From Promethearchaeota archaeon (lineage in GTDB: Archaea > Asgardarchaeota > Hermodarchaeia > Hermodarchaeales > Hermodarchaeaceae), in contig JBHLMI010000001.1 of assembly GCA_048938295.1 (NCBI GenBank), forward strand, positions 149,449-181,448: 32,000 bases of DNA. The letters run 5' to 3'. This document shows positions 1-8,855 of the stretch, in pieces (positions within the stretch are counted from its first letter, which is position 1; each line of letters begins with the position of its first letter). The position numbers and the translations under genes were made by a program. Under the pieces are notes generated by a model that was not told where the DNA came from, made no database searches, and was given only the letters and a program-made list of their open reading frames with translations.

Positions 1-75
1 GTATTATCAACGTTTTGACTAAAAATACACTGGATCTCATTTAACGGATTCTGCAGCAACCGGAAGCTTCTAATT

Positions 76-903
76 ATGAACGTTGTACAAGCCAGCAACT
101 TAAAGCGTGGACTGGGATTGCTGAACCCATTTCAAAAAATACTCCTCTGCTGCTTGACAACGGTGTCGAAATTGGTCAGAAAACCAATCATAGTTCAATG
201 TGATAAGGTCTTCAAGACATATGAGGATGGAGATCTCAAAGTTGAGGTACTCAAGGGTCTTGACTTCTCTATTACAGCGGGGGAATTTGTCGCCATTGTA
301 GGCGCTTCTGGGAGCGGAAAAACAACTCTCATAAACCTCATGGCATTATTGGACTCGCCAACAACGGGTGATATAAGCATTGATGGACTGCCAATTAACG
401 GTTTGGAGGACAGAGCCCTCTCTAAACTCCGTCGGGACAAGATTGGTATTGTCTTTCAAGGCTTCTATCTTCTTGATATTATGAATGCCCGTGAAAATGT
501 TGAGGTACCAATGATATTTGCTGATGTCTCGAAAGATGAACGAATATCACGGGCTTTGGATTTACTCGACCTAGTGGGGATGCGCGAGTTCGCTGAACAA
601 TATCCGACACAAATGTCAGGTGGACAGATGCAACGCATCGCATTCGCGCGAGCCATAGCGAACAATCCCGTCCTCCTTCTTGCTGACGAACCGACTGGAA
701 ACCTAGATACGGCCACAGGGATTGAGATTATTAAGCTATTTCAAAAATTAGCTCATGAACAGCAAAAAGCCGTCCTAGTCGCAACCCACGACCCTGACGT
801 TGCAGGCTCAGCCGACCGAATTCTTGTCCTCCGTCATGGAAGACTCCACACAGATACATCAATGTACGGACGTGAGAGTGATTTCCAGGAGGAGCAACTG
901 TGA
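76..903 (+). CDS. ABC transporter ATP-binding protein, LolD/MacB/SalX type (true start probably GTG 163 or TTG 172)
   Basis: Walker A GASGSGKTT, Q-loop VFQGFYL, signature MSGGQMQR, Walker B/D-loop LLLADEPTGNLD, H-loop VATHD. Stop overlaps the next GTG start (GTGA 900-903). Confidence 0.93.
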   Translation: MNVVQASNLKRGLGLLNPFQKILLCCLTTVSKLVRKPIIVQCDKVFKTYEDGDLKVEVLKGLDFSITAGEFVAIVGASGSGKTTLINLMALLDSPTTGDISIDGLPINGLEDRALSKLRRDKIGIVFQGFYLLDIMNARENVEVPMIFADVSKDERISRALDLLDLVGMREFAEQYPTQMSGGQMQRIAFARAIANNPVLLLADEPTGNLDTATGIEIIKLFQKLAHEQQKAVLVATHDPDVAGSADRILVLRHGRLHTDTSMYGRESDFQEEQL

Positions 904-3809
904 CCTCTGAATCTAATCATCCTGTGATTTCCCCAAACTCATCTGGAAGCCGCTTGTATGTCGCAGGCTATGTGGGGCACAGTATTCGCAAGAACAAATC
1001 GCGGTTCTTCAGCTTACTCATCGGTATCATGATCGGGGTTGCATTAGTTTCCTCTGTTTTTGTATGGACTGATACCGATTCACATGTAGCAACACTCGAT
1101 TACTTTAACTCAAATACCTATCAATACGGAATTCACCAAATTTACCACTTCCCTGTTGATACCCAGCTAATCTATGAGGTTGAGAATTGGTGTAGAGAAC
1201 AAACAGCCTATCAGGACTCGGACATCTTCTATCAGTCTATAGGTTTTCTAAATGGAACTGACTGGAACTCATCAACTACGTACCTCCCCTACCCTTACAC
1301 CCGCGAAATTAAGGACTTCCAGGCCTTTTTTGCTGAAAACGCCTTTCTTACCCGTGTAGTTTCCCAATTTACTTACGACGGCGTCTTCCAATTAGCCCCC
1401 GGTGAATGTTTAGTAAGTACACGAGTCATTGAGGACGCAAGTGAATTTCTTAATCAAATCATAACAGTTGGATCTTACATCAATGTTACAATTGCCTCAA
1501 TCTACCAAGAGCCACTAACTTTTGGTGATATACAACCTTTCAACACGACCAATCTCCATGTCGTGGGTATTTACAATATTACAAGAAGCAACTCTCTGCT
1601 CTTCTCATCGGCTCTTGGGACCTATCGGGTAAATCATCCCGGATCTGCTCATGAAAGTGTCTTTGGTTGGAATGACGGCATTATCATGCATTATAGCCAA
1701 CTGAATTCAGCTGAGAGGGATATCTTGACGGCTAATTCTCTTTTTCCAATACTCCTTGTCCAGCTTAATCCTCAGGAAATCGCAGTGGCTGGATTAGAGA
1801 ACGTACCGACTACGATCCGGGAATTACAAGCTCAAATGGAACTACAGTTCACAGGAAGCGTCACAGTCTCGGGAGAAGATCAAGTTGTACTTCTGGAGCA
1901 GTATATTGCAGCGAGCCAATCCCGAAGAATCATGGCTGTATTAACCTTACCGACCATCTTGCTCTCTATCCTTTTGACAATATTTGCCACCAATATCTTT
2001 CTGAGTGGTCGTCGATCAGAGGTGGCGATACTACGTGCTCGAGGAGCCAGTTTCCGTCAACTCTATGCTGCTTTCATACTAGAATTCATTATTATCGGAA
2101 CAATGGCCCTTGGTTTAGGAGTGGCTCTCAGCATTCTCGTTGGATCGTTGATCCCAGCTTCAATAGGGTTCTTGCAATTCAATCCCGCAATCTTTTACAT
2201 CTACCTTGCAAATGTTAGACTTCAACCCCTTACTTGGCTAGTCGCTTTTCTCACATGCATTATTCCCCCTTTGGGTTTTACATTAATCTCTGTTCGAAGC
2301 TTTCTCAAAGCTGAAATATATGAAGCGATGGTAAGTTCAACCCCTCATGGCGAGGCTGATTTTGGCATCACAATAATTTATACCATCGCTGTGTTCGCTC
2401 TGTTAGGTTTTCTTATCGTTGCTTTACTCTTGCTTCCCGTAACCCCATCAATTGCAACCATTCTTTTTATTTACGCAGTCGTGGTGTGGGCACTTTTTAG
2501 CGATATTGGATCGCGTATCGTTCGACAAATCATTGCTGGAGTAACCCGTGGATTCCGACCTTTGTTTGGGGAGAAGTCCTTCATCTTCGAGAAAAGTATG
2601 CGAACCCGTCGGCAACGCATCGTCCCCCTTCTCCTAATCTTGACCCTTACTTTCTCAATTTCAATATTCGCTGTGGTCGAAGCTCAAACAGTTCAAGATA
2701 ACGTCTTCACACAGGTTAGCTATTTCATGGGGAGTGATTTGCGGGTTGAAAGTGGTTCGATCCATCATAATTGTACAAGTGAAATCCTATCAATTCCTGG
2801 CATCATTTCAGCTTCTGCGTTTATCGCAACCTATGGGCTCCTTGGATCAACTTCGTTGATGCTTTACGGGGTTGATGTTGATTATTATTCTAGAACCGGA
2901 AACTGGGATCTCTCCAGTATGGTTGGTGAAGATCCGTTTGCAGCACTTCAACGTTTGCAGAACAACACGGACGGAATTATTATTCCCCACACTCTGGCAG
3001 AACTTCTCGGAAGAAGCGTTGGAAACAGGATAGTCATTTCAGTTCATCAGCAAGGAGGTGGAGTCTTAGGCGACACTTCATTTCTTATTACTGGAATAGG
3101 TCGCAGTGCACCGGGATTGGGCTATTTCGATCCCAATGATCCTTCACGACCTCCAGATCCTACCGATGGATTTCACTTCCAATCACCGCAACTTTTTGCA
3201 ATAATCAACAGCGATTTCCTACTTAATCGAAATATGACTAATACACGGTTAATCTTAGCCAACGTTGCTGAAAACGTGGATATCGTGCAAGTCCAGCAAC
3301 AGGTAAGTGGTCTTAGTTTTCCAACGGCAGTATACTCCCCAATGACCTACTCGCTACAAGATGATTATCCAGAAGGGCATCTATTCAACCGGGGGGTAAT
3401 AAGCCTCTTGTCAATTGGATTCCTGGCGTGTGTCGTCATCAGCATCATTGCTCTCATTCTCTTTGTTGGAATCATTGTACGCGAACGGCAGACAGAGTAT
3501 GCTATTATGCGTGCTGTAGGAAGTACCCAGCGACAAATCAGTGCGATAATTGTAGGCGAATTTGCAGGGCTCATCATCACCTCCTTCTTAGTCGCATTGC
3601 TTCTTGGGTTCTTCTTCTCTTGGCTTTCTATGTTCATCTTACTAGACCTCTTTCCCTTTCCTTATGTGATCCCCTTTCAACTGGGTGTTCCTTGGGTACT
3701 ATTGTTTGGAGTGCTTGGGGTTGTGCTCATCGGAATTAGTATTGGAACATACATCCCCGCCCATCGTGCGGGGCAAACCAATGTCGGAAAAGTCCTACGG
3801 AACCTGTAA
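900..3809 (+). CDS. FtsX-like ABC permease, fused double-FtsX type (two large extracytoplasmic domains)
   Basis: N-terminal TM (SLLIGIMIGVALVSSVFVWT) and two FtsX-type motifs (RRSEVAILRARGAS; RQTEYAIMRAVGST), each followed by three TM helices. C-terminal PAHRAG. Confidence 0.9.
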   Translation: MTSESNHPVISPNSSGSRLYVAGYVGHSIRKNKSRFFSLLIGIMIGVALVSSVFVWTDTDSHVATLDYFNSNTYQYGIHQIYHFPVDTQLIYEVENWCREQTAYQDSDIFYQSIGFLNGTDWNSSTTYLPYPYTREIKDFQAFFAENAFLTRVVSQFTYDGVFQLAPGECLVSTRVIEDASEFLNQIITVGSYINVTIASIYQEPLTFGDIQPFNTTNLHVVGIYNITRSNSLLFSSALGTYRVNHPGSAHESVFGWNDGIIMHYSQLNSAERDILTANSLFPILLVQLNPQEIAVAGLENVPTTIRELQAQMELQFTGSVTVSGEDQVVLLEQYIAASQSRRIMAVLTLPTILLSILLTIFATNIFLSGRRSEVAILRARGASFRQLYAAFILEFIIIGTMALGLGVALSILVGSLIPASIGFLQFNPAIFYIYLANVRLQPLTWLVAFLTCIIPPLGFTLISVRSFLKAEIYEAMVSSTPHGEADFGITIIYTIAVFALLGFLIVALLLLPVTPSIATILFIYAVVVWALFSDIGSRIVRQIIAGVTRGFRPLFGEKSFIFEKSMRTRRQRIVPLLLILTLTFSISIFAVVEAQTVQDNVFTQVSYFMGSDLRVESGSIHHNCTSEILSIPGIISASAFIATYGLLGSTSLMLYGVDVDYYSRTGNWDLSSMVGEDPFAALQRLQNNTDGIIIPHTLAELLGRSVGNRIVISVHQQGGGVLGDTSFLITGIGRSAPGLGYFDPNDPSRPPDPTDGFHFQSPQLFAIINSDFLLNRNMTNTRLILANVAENVDIVQVQQQVSGLSFPTAVYSPMTYSLQDDYPEGHLFNRGVISLLSIGFLACVVISIIALILFVGIIVRERQTEYAIMRAVGSTQRQISAIIVGEFAGLIITSFLVALLLGFFFSWLSMFILLDLFPFPYVIPFQLGVPWVLLFGVLGVVLIGISIGTYIPAHRAGQTNVGKVLRNL

Positions 3810-3825
3810 ATTAGAAGGTGAAAAA

Positions 3826-4842
3826 ATGATGGCAAGAAATAATCTCATCAGCGGCCTTATCAAAGAAGAAGAGTTTGCTGATATCCCGGAAGATTTAGTT
3901 TTAATGGCTCATGATGTCTACAAGATCTATCAATCGGGTGAAATCGAAACCGTTGCTTTGCGTGGTTTATCCTTCCAAATATTTCAAGGTGAAATAGTCG
4001 CTGTTGTTGGACCTTCAGGAAGTGGAAAGACTACCTTAGTAAATTTACTTGGAGGAACCCTCCGTCCAAGTGCAGGTCAAGTCTATTGGTCAAATATCAA
4101 ACAAGACATCGCCAAGTTAGATGAACGTACAATCACAAATGCTCGTCGAGGGTTCATAGGATTCGTTTTCCAAGTGGGTAATTTGCTTCATCATATGACT
4201 GCAAAACAAAATGTGGAACTCAGCGCCCGTATTGCAGGCTTTTCGAAAACCTGGCGTGAACAACGGTCAGAAGAGCTGTTAGAATCTGTGGGGTTGAGAC
4301 ATCGAATGAATCACGTTCCAGCAAAGCTCTCCGGTGGCGAACGCCAACGAGTTGCTATCGCTTCCGCACTAATGAACAATCCTGCATTAGTATTAGCAGA
4401 TGAACCGACCGGTGATCTTGATCTTATTAATGCTGAAGAAATTCTTGACCTTTTCAAAAAACTCAACGAAGAATACGGAACTGCTTTCCTTATTGTAACC
4501 CACAGCCAATTAATCGCCTCTAAGGCTAGACGAACACTTGAATTGCGTGATGGAATTATCAGTGGAACACATGATGCTGGTGTTCATCTTAAACAGCTGG
4601 AAAGGACTCGAGTATTAGAAGTTGATAACCAAGATCGCCTCCCCCTACCTGAAAATATCTTACGTGAAATCGGACACCCCCGCCGATTCCAGGTTGAAGT
4701 CGATGATGGACGTATTATTCTCACCCCATCAACGATTGAGAATGCTGTAGCAGTCGAAGTGAAATTGGTCACCTGTCGGATTTGTGGTAAACTTGTTACC
4801 TCAAATCGAGTGACCTGCCCTGCGTGTGGAACAGCGTTATGA
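3826..4842 (+). CDS. ABC transporter ATP-binding protein (LolD type) with C-terminal AbrB/MazE-like domain and zinc ribbon
   Basis: SD AAGGTGA at 3815-3821 before ATG 3826/3829. GPSGSGKTT, LSGGERQR, LADEPTGDLD and VTHS are intact. Tail: VLEVDNQDRLPLP...FQVEVDDGRIILTP, then CRIC-x10-CPAC. Confidence 0.9.
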   Translation: MMARNNLISGLIKEEEFADIPEDLVLMAHDVYKIYQSGEIETVALRGLSFQIFQGEIVAVVGPSGSGKTTLVNLLGGTLRPSAGQVYWSNIKQDIAKLDERTITNARRGFIGFVFQVGNLLHHMTAKQNVELSARIAGFSKTWREQRSEELLESVGLRHRMNHVPAKLSGGERQRVAIASALMNNPALVLADEPTGDLDLINAEEILDLFKKLNEEYGTAFLIVTHSQLIASKARRTLELRDGIISGTHDAGVHLKQLERTRVLEVDNQDRLPLPENILREIGHPRRFQVEVDDGRIILTPSTIENAVAVEVKLVTCRICGKLVTSNRVTCPACGTAL

Positions 4843-4867
4843 ATATATGACGAAAAAAGGAGTCTTG

Positions 4868-7852
4868 ATGTCTTTGGCTCGCACTCAAAAAACAGATGCT
4901 GAATCCCCGAACACGGATGAGCCAAATGCAGTGAGCTTCCGAAGAGGGCCTAAGGATAGCGGAGTAAGTCGAAATTTCTATATCTCCAGATATGTCACCC
5001 ATGGAATTCGCCGACACAAACGTCGTTCACTCAGTTTACTTATAGGAATTATGATCGGAGTAGCATTAGTTAGTTCTGTGTTTGTGTGGACTGAAACTGG
5101 AGCACGAGTTGCCATTGACGACTATTTTGCCCAAATAGCATTTCATTATTACTGCGTCCAAGGCCCATCTAACAACGACCCCCATGCCATTTTTCCGGTA
5201 AAAGAATTCGTTGATGCGCAGGTTACAACACAAACCTCACATCTTGTTTACAGTTCAATCGCGTTGATTGATACAACCGATCTTGATCCAACTGACCAAT
5301 ATCTCCCCTACCCTTACCAACGGGGAATCAAAGACTGTCAAGTCTTTTTCACGGATAATACCTTTCTGGAACGTGCTTCACGGTCATTCCGAATAATCGA
5401 TGGTGACTTTAAACTGGATCCCGGTGAAGTACTTGTTAGCCAAAATGTTGTTGAGGATTTAAACCAGGTCATGGGTCGTCATGTTTCAGTGGGGAGTGTA
5501 ATTGATTTGTCTGTGGCTCGAGACTACCGAATAACAAGCACTTTTGGGGCAATTGATCCGACGAACATCAACGGATTACGAATAGCCGGTATCTACGAAG
5601 TGATATCACGTTTTGAACCGCTTCAAGAGGCTTTTCCCTCTCAAAGTCGGCTCAATTGGGGCCCTATCTATGCTTCTGAAATTGTATTTGGTTGGTTTGA
5701 CGGCGTGATTGTCTCAAGTGATATATTCAGCAATGAAACCCTGGATCAGATTGCTGAGCAAGTAATGGTTCCCCGATTGCTTGTCGAAATCACACCTGCT
5801 CCTCTCTATTCTGTTGGATTAGAAGCGATAATCGGGGTTTTAGATCGCCTATTTACAGATATCCAATTAGAATACAGCGTCTCGATTGGTGGCCGTGACC
5901 AACTGCAATTCCTGCAAGCTTACATTACAGTTTATTATGAACGACAGACGATGGTTTTCCTGATATTACCAATTGTTATATTATCTGTCTTGTTAACAAC
6001 TTTTACTGCTTCACTGTTTCTGTCAAATCGTCGATCCGAACTAGCACTCCTAAGAGCCCGTGGGGCAAGTTATCAACAGCTCTATTCAATTCTCATGGTT
6101 GAATTTTTCATCCTAGCTCTTCTTGGAACGATAGCTGGTGGGTTTCTTGGGATTTTTCTAGGATGCTTGATACCTTCTGCCACGTCATTTCTGATTTTTA
6201 ATCTTGGCAGTCTTCTCCATCATCTCAGCCTGACGACCATCAATTTGGTATTTTGGGGTCTGGCTGGGTTTGTGTGCATATTACCTGCCGCAGCCTACGT
6301 CTTCCTCAACACACGGTCGTTTTTAAAATCCGAGGTATATGCTGAGCTTCGCGAGAATAATTCATCATGGAAGTATAATCCACGAATCCAATTTGCGTAT
6401 GCTATTGGTGTTATTCTCCTTACTATTCCTTTAGTCTATTTCGTGTTGTTCATTCCTCTCTCTTTAGAGATAGCACTGATTGTATTCATTCTGATTGTTA
6501 GTTTTTGGATACTTCTTTCTGATGCCGTTGCCCGCATTATTCGACCAGGAATCGCGACGTTTTCGAAGATATTTACACCCGCCATTGGCCAGAAGAGCCA
6601 ACTATTTAGCAAGACTCTGACGGTGAAACGGACCAGAGTTGTTCCGCTACTAATGATTTTGTTACTCACGTTCTCGATAACTATATTCTCTGCCGTGGAG
6701 GCACAAACTTACCATAATCATATCGATCAACAGGTCCAATACTATGTTGGTGGCGACATCCGTATTTACACCCAGCTGGTCGTTGCCGATCGCGTGAATG
6801 ATATCACCTCTTTATCGGCAATCCATACTGCAACCGCTTTCATTGAAGTACAAGCAGAAATCGCGCTTTCGAACTTCAAACTCATTGCAGTAAACCCCAC
6901 AGCTTATGCAGAAGTAGGAAACTGGGACGAAACGAGTATGATGGGAGAAGATTATCAGACAGTGTTAAACCGGTTAGCAGCAAATTATAATGGCATCATT
7001 CTTCCCGCCCATCTTGCCTCCTTGTATGATAAGAGGGTTGGTGATACAATTCCGGTTACCGTTCGCGATCAGCGCACTTTTATTGTTGAAGTCAAAGAAT
7101 TTGATATTGTTGGAATTATGAACAAGGCTCCAGGTCTTGGTTATTCGAATCCTTCAGACCCTCAAGCCTCAATCACGTCTAATCCAGGATTTGGATTTCA
7201 AAAGAACGAACCATTCGCTCTTTGTAACCAACATTATTTCCTTGTAGAAATTCCATCATTCGATCCTTACTCCATAATGGATACTACTAATTCATTCATC
7301 GCAGGAATAGACTCTGCGAGTGATATTCAAACCGCCCAACACGCAGTGGAATCTCTTGGGTTTGTTTATCGCACTTGGTCACCATTCACCTTTGATTTAG
7401 AAGAAGCATACCCCGATGGTTACCTGTTTGCTCAGGGAATTATCGGCTTACTCTCAGTGGGCTTTCTTGCTTCACTTGCCATTAGCATCGTTGCTTTAAC
7501 AGTCTTTGTGAGCACCATTGTTGCTGAACGCAAAACTGAATATGCCATCATGCGAGCACTTGGTGGTTCTCGTCATGATGTTACATCAATGGTGCTAGTG
7601 GAATTTGTGAGCATCATCCTGTTAGCTTTCTTCTTCAGCATCATAATTGGAATTAACTTCTCATGGCTTTTGATGTTCGTTATAATCAAATTATTCCCCC
7701 AACCATTCATTGTGCCTTTCACCATTATCTACCCAATGAGCTTATTAGTAGCAATATTGGGCCTAGTGATTTTAGGTTTAGTGACAGGAGCCTATTTCCC
7801 CGCCCGGCGTGCAGGTCAGGTCCAGGTTAGTAACCTTCTCCGCAACCTTTAG
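4868..7852 (+). CDS. FtsX-like ABC permease, fused double-FtsX type; paralog of 900-3809 (ORF open from 4826)
   Basis: SD AGGAG before ATG 4868. Shares SLLIGIMIGVALVSSVFVWT and YLPYPY with the paralog, plus FtsX motifs RRSELALLRARGAS and RKTEYAIMRALGGS and C-terminal PARRAG. Confidence 0.9.
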   Translation: MSLARTQKTDAESPNTDEPNAVSFRRGPKDSGVSRNFYISRYVTHGIRRHKRRSLSLLIGIMIGVALVSSVFVWTETGARVAIDDYFAQIAFHYYCVQGPSNNDPHAIFPVKEFVDAQVTTQTSHLVYSSIALIDTTDLDPTDQYLPYPYQRGIKDCQVFFTDNTFLERASRSFRIIDGDFKLDPGEVLVSQNVVEDLNQVMGRHVSVGSVIDLSVARDYRITSTFGAIDPTNINGLRIAGIYEVISRFEPLQEAFPSQSRLNWGPIYASEIVFGWFDGVIVSSDIFSNETLDQIAEQVMVPRLLVEITPAPLYSVGLEAIIGVLDRLFTDIQLEYSVSIGGRDQLQFLQAYITVYYERQTMVFLILPIVILSVLLTTFTASLFLSNRRSELALLRARGASYQQLYSILMVEFFILALLGTIAGGFLGIFLGCLIPSATSFLIFNLGSLLHHLSLTTINLVFWGLAGFVCILPAAAYVFLNTRSFLKSEVYAELRENNSSWKYNPRIQFAYAIGVILLTIPLVYFVLFIPLSLEIALIVFILIVSFWILLSDAVARIIRPGIATFSKIFTPAIGQKSQLFSKTLTVKRTRVVPLLMILLLTFSITIFSAVEAQTYHNHIDQQVQYYVGGDIRIYTQLVVADRVNDITSLSAIHTATAFIEVQAEIALSNFKLIAVNPTAYAEVGNWDETSMMGEDYQTVLNRLAANYNGIILPAHLASLYDKRVGDTIPVTVRDQRTFIVEVKEFDIVGIMNKAPGLGYSNPSDPQASITSNPGFGFQKNEPFALCNQHYFLVEIPSFDPYSIMDTTNSFIAGIDSASDIQTAQHAVESLGFVYRTWSPFTFDLEEAYPDGYLFAQGIIGLLSVGFLASLAISIVALTVFVSTIVAERKTEYAIMRALGGSRHDVTSMVLVEFVSIILLAFFFSIIIGINFSWLLMFVIIKLFPQPFIVPFTIIYPMSLLVAILGLVILGLVTGAYFPARRAGQVQVSNLLRNL

Positions 7853-7933
7853 TTCCAAATTACATCTCTCGTATAATCTGTTCAACTTAAGGTGACGCAT
7901 AGGATTTTATTCCTGTTATATGAGGATGAAGCC

Positions 7934-8851
7934 ATGAAAGAGAAAATCAGTGCTTGGCTAGCGCTCTCCCGTCTTCCCTTCCATCTGGTGGGCATGCTCC
8001 CTTTTCTCTTAGGTACCATTTTAGCCTGGCGATACCTTGGGGTTTTTCGCTGGGATATCCTCCTGTGGGGAATCGCCGGTGTCGTCCTTATCATGCTGGC
8101 AACTTATTATGCAGGGGAATATTGGGATTATGAAGGCGATATTCTTGCAGCCCAAAAAGGTCCTAGCCGTTTTGCAGGAGGCTCGCAAGTTCTTCAACGA
8201 GGCCTCATTAAAAGGCGAACCGCATTATACGCTTCTTTGGTATGCATCCTTCTTGCTGCCCTCGTTGGTATCATCCTCCAATTCCTTTACTTGACAGGCC
8301 CCTTGACCATTTTTCTTGGAGTCATTGGGATCATCGGTGGGTTCTTTTACTCTGCAAACCCCATCCGATGGGTGAGTCGCGGTCTTGGCGAAATCTGGAT
8401 TGCCTTCAACTATGGTTGGTTAACAATCGCTGCCAGCTTCTATTTACAAGTCGGCTACTTCATTTCTTTAATTCATTTTATGGCTCTTCCTGTTGCTTTC
8501 ACCATCTTCAACGTCATTCTTCTCAATGAATTTCTCGACTTTGAAGCAGACCGAGATACGGGGAAAAAGAACTTGGTGGTCCGCTTGGGGTTGAATCAGG
8601 CGGTGATCCTGTATTCCTTGGCTGCTGTTGCAAGTTGGCTCACCATGGCTACTACCCTAGCATTAGGCTTTCTCTGGCCCTGGGATCTTCTTGCCTATCT
8701 TCCTGTACTAGCCGTCTCCATGGGCTTAGTGATTTTGATTCTTCGAAGAGCATGGGAAAATCGAAGTACATTAGAGAAGTTGTGCGGCCTGAACATACTT
8801 GTGAATCTGGGAACCACCTTAGTATTTATCATAACTGTCCTTGTGTTGTGA
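7934..8851 (+). CDS. UbiA-family prenyltransferase, MenA-like (ORF open from 7892)
   Basis: About 8-9 TM helices. N-terminal SRLPF, first Asp motif GEYWDYEGD, FFYSANP loop, second motif NEFLDFEADRDTGKKNLVVRLG typical of the MenA/UBIAD1 branch. Confidence 0.85.
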   Translation: MKEKISAWLALSRLPFHLVGMLPFLLGTILAWRYLGVFRWDILLWGIAGVVLIMLATYYAGEYWDYEGDILAAQKGPSRFAGGSQVLQRGLIKRRTALYASLVCILLAALVGIILQFLYLTGPLTIFLGVIGIIGGFFYSANPIRWVSRGLGEIWIAFNYGWLTIAASFYLQVGYFISLIHFMALPVAFTIFNVILLNEFLDFEADRDTGKKNLVVRLGLNQAVILYSLAAVASWLTMATTLALGFLWPWDLLAYLPVLAVSMGLVILILRRAWENRSTLEKLCGLNILVNLGTTLVFIITVLVL

Positions 8852-8855
8852 AGCC

